Shown here: positions 36,969 to 42,236 of the stretch, one piece after another
Numbering within the stretch: the first letter of the stretch is position 1
Layout: each line of letters starts with the position of its first letter
NCBI GenBank assembly: GCA_017962065.1
Contig: JAGCWB010000108.1
Span: 1-42,236, forward strand
DNA: 42,236 nt
Reading direction: 5' to 3'
Source: Bacteroidales bacterium
GTDB taxonomy: Bacteria; Bacteroidota; Bacteroidia; Bacteroidales; UBA932
Notes under the pieces: generated by a model
What the model was told of the DNA's origin: nothing
The model's input: the letters and a program-made list of their open reading frames with translations, nothing else
The model's database searches: none
Position numbers and translations under genes: made by a program

Positions 36969-39209
36969 TTAAATGATAGTAAATGAAACAGGGGTGCCCG
37001 AGGCGCTGTCTCCGGCTACCCACAGCCGGAACTCGCCGGGTTCAACTTTCTTTATGCCGTCCAGCCCCGTGAAAGCCAGTTCTTGTACGGGAATCTGTAT
37101 GGTGAGTGTGCGGCTTTCGCCGGATTTAAGGTTTATGCGTTCGAAGGCCTTGAGTTCTTTCACTGGACGTGTTATGGAACCAACCAGGTCACGAATGTAC
37201 ACCTGAACCACTTCGGTGCCATCATAAGCGCCGGTGTTGGACAGAGTGAAGCTGATGGAAATGGTGTCATCGGCCTTATAAGTGTCTTTGTCCAGGCCGA
37301 TGCAAGAATAGGCAAAAGTGGTATAACTGAGGCCATAACCGAAGGGGAACAGCGGATATGCACCATAGTCAAGATAATAGCTGGTATTACCAAGAGATGT
37401 CTGTCCGGCTTCGGCAGGAATATCATCCAGGAGCGTTTCGCCGTTGTACGGCCTGCCGGTCATATTGTGGGCATAGTAAAGCGGAGCCTGTCCCACGGTG
37501 CGCAGGAAGGTTATAGGTGCTTTGCCGGAAGGATTAACATCGCCGAAGATAAGGTTGGCAAGAGCCGGTCCGCCCATAGTGCCGGGATGAAAGCTGTACA
37601 GCATTGCGTCCACGTTGGGAAGGTCCCGCTCTATGGTGAGCGGCCTTCCTGCTATTACGGTGGCAACTATCGGCTTGCCAGCGGTCTTGAGAGCTGCCAA
37701 AAGCTCGCTTTGGGAACCTTTAAGGTTAAGATCGGCCAAAGAATGTGCTTCGCCTGACAGGATTGCTTCTTCGCCAAGGAATACCAGCACTACATCTGCG
37801 CGTTTTGCGGCGGCCACCACATCGGCAAAACCGGAACGCTTTTCACGGCTGAAAGTAAGACCGGGAACATATTCCACACGGCCGGGAAAACGCTCCTGAA
37901 GGGTTTTAAGAGGAGTGACTGTATGAGATTTTTCACCGTCGAATGCCCAGGTGCCAAGCTGGTCGTGCGGGGCATTGGCCAGCGGACCGGTGACAAGGAT
38001 GCGGGGTGTGCCATTTAGCGGCAGAATACCGTCGTTCTTGAGCAGAATCACAGATTCCTCAACAGTTTTCCGGGCCGATGCAAGATGCTCCGGAGCATAC
38101 TGTACGGCCTTGGCTGCCTCTACATTAATATAAGGGTTCTCGAACAGGCCAAGCAGAATCTTTACGCGAAGTATATTGCGAACGGCGTTGTCAATGGTTT
38201 TCTCCTTTACGGCTCCGCTTTTTACCAACTCTTCCAGATGAGAAACGAAACCAAAGGTCATCATATCCATGTCAACGCCGGCATTTACGGCTTTCTGGGC
38301 CACATCCTTGCGGTCTACGCCGAACCCGTGATTAATCATCTCTCCCATTGAGTTCCAGTCCGTGACCACCAGGCCGTCGAAGCCCCATTCGTCGCGCAGG
38401 ACATCCTTTACCACGAAGGTGTTGCCTGTGGAAGGGACGCCGTCATTGTCGTTGAAGGAGGTCATCAGCGTCATTGCTCCGGCTTTTACTGCGGCTTCAA
38501 AGGGAGGAAGATAGATATTGCGCAACTGCCTTTCCGTGAGGAATGTACTGTTGTAGTCGCGGCCTCCCTCTGCTGCTCCGTAACCTACAAAATGCTTGAT
38601 GCAGGCAGCCATGGAGGTGGAGTCGGCCGTGCGTCCCTGGTAGCCGTGCACCATGGCTTCGGCCATACGCGCGTCCAGGTAGGGGTCTTCGCCGCTACCC
38701 TCGGCAATGCGGCCCCAGCGTGGGTCGCGGGCAATGTCCAGCATGGGCGAGAAAGTCCAGCGGATGCCTTGAGCTGTTGCCTCAATGGCCGCAACGCGGG
38801 CACCTTCTTCTGTCAAGGCAGGGTCAAATGTGGCTGCCAGGCCAAGTGGAATAGGGAAGATGGTATGAAAACCATGTATGACGTCACGGCTCACGAGCAG
38901 CGGAATGCCCAGACGGGACTCCTCAACGGCCAGACGCTGGAATTCATTTATCTTTACCGGATCCACCTCGTTCAGGATGGAGCCTATCTGGCCTTTACGC
39001 AGGGCGTCCACATAGTTGTTGACGTCTCCTCCGGCCGATACCTGATTCATCTGGCCGATTTTTTCGGCCAGAGTCATTTGCGAGAGGATACTCTCAATAC
39101 GGCTTTCCACCTGTGAGGTGCTGCCCACGGTGGAGGATACGTTCCTGCGCGTGCAGGAAAATATAACAGTCAGCGCTACCAGCGCAAAGATGCTTTTATG
39201 AACTTGCAT
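36969..39209 (-). CDS. GH3 beta-glucosidase (BglX-like)
   Basis: SRLGIPLL, DVIHG, RDPRWGRIAEG, KHFVGYG, nucleophile motif VVTDW, PLFPFGYGLSYTTF, FnIII tail. Confidence 0.95.
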   Translation of the reverse strand: MQVHKSIFALVALTVIFSCTRRNVSSTVGSTSQVESRIESILSQMTLAEKIGQMNQVSAGGDVNNYVDALRKGQIGSILNEVDPVKINEFQRLAVEESRLGIPLLVSRDVIHGFHTIFPIPLGLAATFDPALTEEGARVAAIEATAQGIRWTFSPMLDIARDPRWGRIAEGSGEDPYLDARMAEAMVHGYQGRTADSTSMAACIKHFVGYGAAEGGRDYNSTFLTERQLRNIYLPPFEAAVKAGAMTLMTSFNDNDGVPSTGNTFVVKDVLRDEWGFDGLVVTDWNSMGEMINHGFGVDRKDVAQKAVNAGVDMDMMTFGFVSHLEELVKSGAVKEKTIDNAVRNILRVKILLGLFENPYINVEAAKAVQYAPEHLASARKTVEESVILLKNDGILPLNGTPRILVTGPLANAPHDQLGTWAFDGEKSHTVTPLKTLQERFPGRVEYVPGLTFSREKRSGFADVVAAAKRADVVLVFLGEEAILSGEAHSLADLNLKGSQSELLAALKTAGKPIVATVIAGRPLTIERDLPNVDAMLYSFHPGTMGGPALANLIFGDVNPSGKAPITFLRTVGQAPLYYAHNMTGRPYNGETLLDDIPAEAGQTSLGNTSYYLDYGAYPLFPFGYGLSYTTFAYSCIGLDKDTYKADDTISISFTLSNTGAYDGTEVVQVYIRDLVGSITRPVKELKAFERINLKSGESRTLTIQIPVQELAFTGLDGIKKVEPGEFRLWVAGDSASGTPVSFTII

Positions 39210-39244
39210 AGACTGGTTATTGGTTTTGGGGTTCAGGTCTGATG

Positions 39245-39364
39245 CAAAATTATGGGTATTTCACACTACTCTGCTTGTTGGGAATATATAAGTAGTGGCA
39301 CAAGAAAGATAATCACGTGAAAATCACGTAATTAAAATTCTTTAAAATAAGATAAAAGTAGTAG
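39245..39364 (-). promoter_or_regulatory. PUL-2 promoter with candidate regulator binding sites
   Basis: Minus-strand TAATTTTG at 39245-39252; inverted repeat CACTACT (39264-39270) - N20 - AGTAGTG (39291-39297); direct repeat AATCACGT at 39311 and 39322. Confidence 0.55.
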
Positions 39365-39383
39365 CGAAATAAATCGAAACGCG

Positions 39384-41014
39384 CTACTTTCCTATTGATT
39401 TAACCTTGGCTTCAAAGGAATCGCGGTCTCCAAGGGCGGCGTTTTTGATGGCAACCTTATAATTATATATGGTGCTCAGTGAGTAGTCCAGTATGGTGGC
39501 AATTGCCTTGCTGTCATCTATGCCAAGACGAATAAGCGCAAATACACGCTGTGCCGTTGTAAGCCTTCCGTCGGGAGCTGTTTCACGTGCTTCTTCTTTT
39601 AAGAGCGCATTGAATTTCTCCACAAAGGATGGATACAATCCCAGGAAAGTGGTATCGAATGTTTCGTAGAATTCGTCACGGGCCTTCTCGCTGCGGCCAC
39701 TGATGGAAAGTTCTTTCAGGAGTTGGTCGGCCTTGCCTTGTTTTAAAAGGTTGCGGAAGCGGTTGTCTTCGGCCCTGGTTACGGCTACTTGAGCCGAAAG
39801 TCCCCGAAGGAAGTTCAGGATGTACTTTTCCTTCACACGGTCGGCTTTGGAAATCTGCTGATTCAGGTCGTTTAATGTGGCATTTGCCAGCGCCAGTGAA
39901 TTATTGCTGTTTTCCAATTCTTTCCGCAGCTTGGAGAGTTTGAGTGAGCGGTTAATCAGGAAATATGTTCCAAGGGACAGAATAACGGTAAGGATGGCCA
40001 GCAGGATAGACCATATTTTGCCGCTGCGGCTTGCGCGTTCTTGCCGGTCCTGATAAGCATCTTCCACTTGCATCAGGAAGCGGGAAATCTGCCAGGGCCG
40101 AAGCTTTGCGTTATATGCCAGAGCGTCTTCCTGGGCAATGCGCAAGTAGCGGAAAGAGCGGTCCACGTCCGTTGGCAGTATAAGCTGGGCCACCATGGTG
40201 AGCGAGGCATAGTCCCGCACGGCGTTTATCACATCACATTCGGCCGATTTCACCAGCCAGTACATCTGATTACCTCTATTCCCTTTCTGCACCTCTATCT
40301 CCGATTGGAAAAAAGAGTGTATGGCGTAGTCGCGGTCTTCGGGCTTTACCGATGAAAGCAGAAGATGGCTCATGCTGTCGGCCTTTTCCAGTTGCCCCTC
40401 TTCTATATACTGGTCCCGCAGGATTATCTGGTAGCGTGACTTATCTGGGGTAAGCATTCGGTACAGCTGTTCCCGGAAGGTGGCTTCAGGAGGAATTGAC
40501 ATCCGCTCTACCATGCCGGAATTGCCAGCCATGTCTTTACTGAAGTCATACAGGACCCAGAAGTATTCGGCTTTAAGCGGAGCCGACAGGGCAGCGGAAT
40601 CAATTTGAATGTAAAGAATCTGGTTAGCCTCCAGGTAGTTGCCGGCCTTTTCATAAAGGTGACCCAGTTCGATTGATGCCTTATCGTATCTATCCCGGTC
40701 GCCAAGCTGCAGTGCCAGCGTCTGTGCATTTTCAGGTATGTCTGCGTAGAATCGAAACTGAAAGCAAAGTAATCCGCTGCAGCTATCATTTCCAACTCGT
40801 ATCGGCTTGCGGGGTCCTGTGTGGCGTCAATAAGCCGCCGGTAGGCGTCCAGCTGGTCTTTTTTCTTTGCTACATAGAGTTCCCTTGTGGCCAGATAGCC
40901 ATCCAGTTCGTCCAGCAGTTTGCTGGTCCTGCGGTCTGTGCGGGGTCCCGGCATGCAGGAAGCGGCTATTACAGCCACCACCGCCAATACTGCTATTGAG
41001 CTGGTTCTAGGCAT
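39384..41014 (-). pseudogene. SusR-like (DUF6377-type) transmembrane regulator, split by a frameshift near 40730
   Basis: The N-terminal ORF (41014, ...FSFDSTQTYLK) continues in another frame as NAQTLALQLGDRDRYDKASIELGHLYEKAGNY... into ORF 39384..40532, which carries FDTTFLGLYPSFVEKFNALL, RVFALIRLGIDDS and YSLSTIYNY. Confidence 0.8.
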
Positions 41015-41019
41015 AACAA

Positions 41020-42236
41020 TTAATCCCTTAGCCAGTTTTCCGGATTCTGGGGCGTGGAGCCGTTCCAGAGCTCAAAGTGGAACAGGTCTTCGCCGCCTAT
41101 TGTATCTACGGTGCCCACAACCTGGCCTGTGACAACTTTGTCGCCGGCTTTCACTGAAACCGTCTTCAACTTGGTATATAGAGTATAGTATGCGCCGTGG
41201 CTAATAAGCACGCACTGGTTGTAGCCTGGCAGCACAACAATCTGCGTCACCTTGCCGTTGAACACGGCCTTTGCCTGAGCACCGCGCTTTACAACCAGCG
41301 TTACGCCGTTGTTCTGCGGCAGGTCAACGTTCTGATAAACGGGGTGCTTGTGCTTGCCAAAGCGCTCCACAATTGCACCCTCAACCGGCCATGGCAGCTT
41401 GCCTTTGTTGGCAGCGAATTCGTTTGAAAGCTTGGTGTCGATCTCCGTAGAAACGGTCTTGTTGCCGGCCTTATTATCGCCACCCTTGTTGGCATTCTTC
41501 TTCTTGGCCGCTTCCTGCTCGGCCCTTATCAAATCGGCAATCTTGCGGTTCAGGGCCTCTTTTTGCTTGTTCTTATCCTGCAGTTGCTGCTGGTATTTCT
41601 TGCGGTCCTTGTTAAGCTGTTCCACCAGGCGGTTGGACTGCGCTTCCTCGTTTTGAAGCGTTGTACGTTCTTGAACAACCTTCCTGCGCATCTGGTCGGC
41701 CTCTTCCCTCAGGCCGGTAAGCCTCTCCTTTTCCACCTCCAGCTGGGCCGATGTCTCCCTGATCTTCAGCGCCTGCTGGCTCATCTGTGAAGAAAGGCTC
41801 CTGAAATATCCGAACCTTCGGAAAGCCTGGCCCATTGAGTCGCTGGAAAGAAGATACATGTACCACAGGCGGCTGTCCCTGTTCTTGTATGAACTGCGCA
41901 CCAGGCGGCCGTAATAGAGGGAAAGCGTGTCGTAGCGGGCCTGCAGGCGGTTAATCTCCCCCTGGCAAACCTTTATGGAGTCGTCCAGCATCCGGAGCGT
42001 ATGGTCGCAGCTGGCTATGAGTTGTTCGCGGGCCGATATCTTGCTTCGCACCAGTGTAAGGTTGCTCATTGCTTCCGAACTGCTTTTTGAGTTCTGGTCC
42101 AGCTTGCGGTTAAGCAGGGCGATGTCCTTTTCCAGCTGCGCACGCTGGCTTTCCAGCTGTTTCATGCTGGTTTTCTGGGCCATAGCCGGGGCAAGGCTCA
42201 AAATCAATGCCGATATTATGCAAAGAATCCTTTTCA
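41020..42236 (-). CDS. envC: Murein hydrolase activator EnvC family (coiled coil plus M23 domain)
   Basis: Long coiled coil; FAANKGKLPWPVEG, LFHFELW. The frame extends to the window edge as (M)KRILCIISALILSLAPAMA, with the probable ATG clipped by 1 nt. Confidence 0.9.
   Translation of the reverse strand, partial: KRILCIISALILSLAPAMAQKTSMKQLESQRAQLEKDIALLNRKLDQNSKSSSEAMSNLTLVRSKISAREQLIASCDHTLRMLDDSIKVCQGEINRLQARYDTLSLYYGRLVRSSYKNRDSRLWYMYLLSSDSMGQAFRRFGYFRSLSSQMSQQALKIRETSAQLEVEKERLTGLREEADQMRRKVVQERTTLQNEEAQSNRLVEQLNKDRKKYQQQLQDKNKQKEALNRKIADLIRAEQEAAKKKNANKGGDNKAGNKTVSTEIDTKLSNEFAANKGKLPWPVEGAIVERFGKHKHPVYQNVDLPQNNGVTLVVKRGAQAKAVFNGKVTQIVVLPGYNQCVLISHGAYYTLYTKLKTVSVKAGDKVVTGQVVGTVDTIGGEDLFHFELWNGSTPQNPENWLRD

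Overview
Chromosomal window from a Bacteroidales bacterium (SusC/SusD pairs, hybrid two-component system, TAnnTTTG promoters). From left to right: a partial signal-peptide/helical-repeat regulator gene divergent from a small membrane protein and two lipoproteins; tRNA-Leu(CAA); PUL-1 (HTCS divergent from GH130 phosphorylase, MFS transporter, unknown lipoprotein A, SusC, SusD, LamG lipoprotein and unknown lipoprotein B, a paralog of A); an L-serine dehydratase remnant; a TIM-barrel lipoprotein; a ~600-bp structured non-coding region; sufB-pnuC-sufC-short sufD; ispE; comM; a collapsed hicA with intact hicB; tsaE; PUL-2 for beta-1,3-glucan (frameshifted SusR-like regulator, GH3, SusC, SusD, repeat-containing SGBP, BACON-GH16); and envC. 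The strongest candidate for an undescribed system is PUL-1. Its only recognisable CAZyme resembles beta-1,2-mannobiose phosphorylases, so the two paralogous ~570-aa lipoproteins are candidate members of an uncharacterised glycoside hydrolase family acting on beta-1,2-mannan. Family assignments rest on motifs recognised by eye; no database searches were run.
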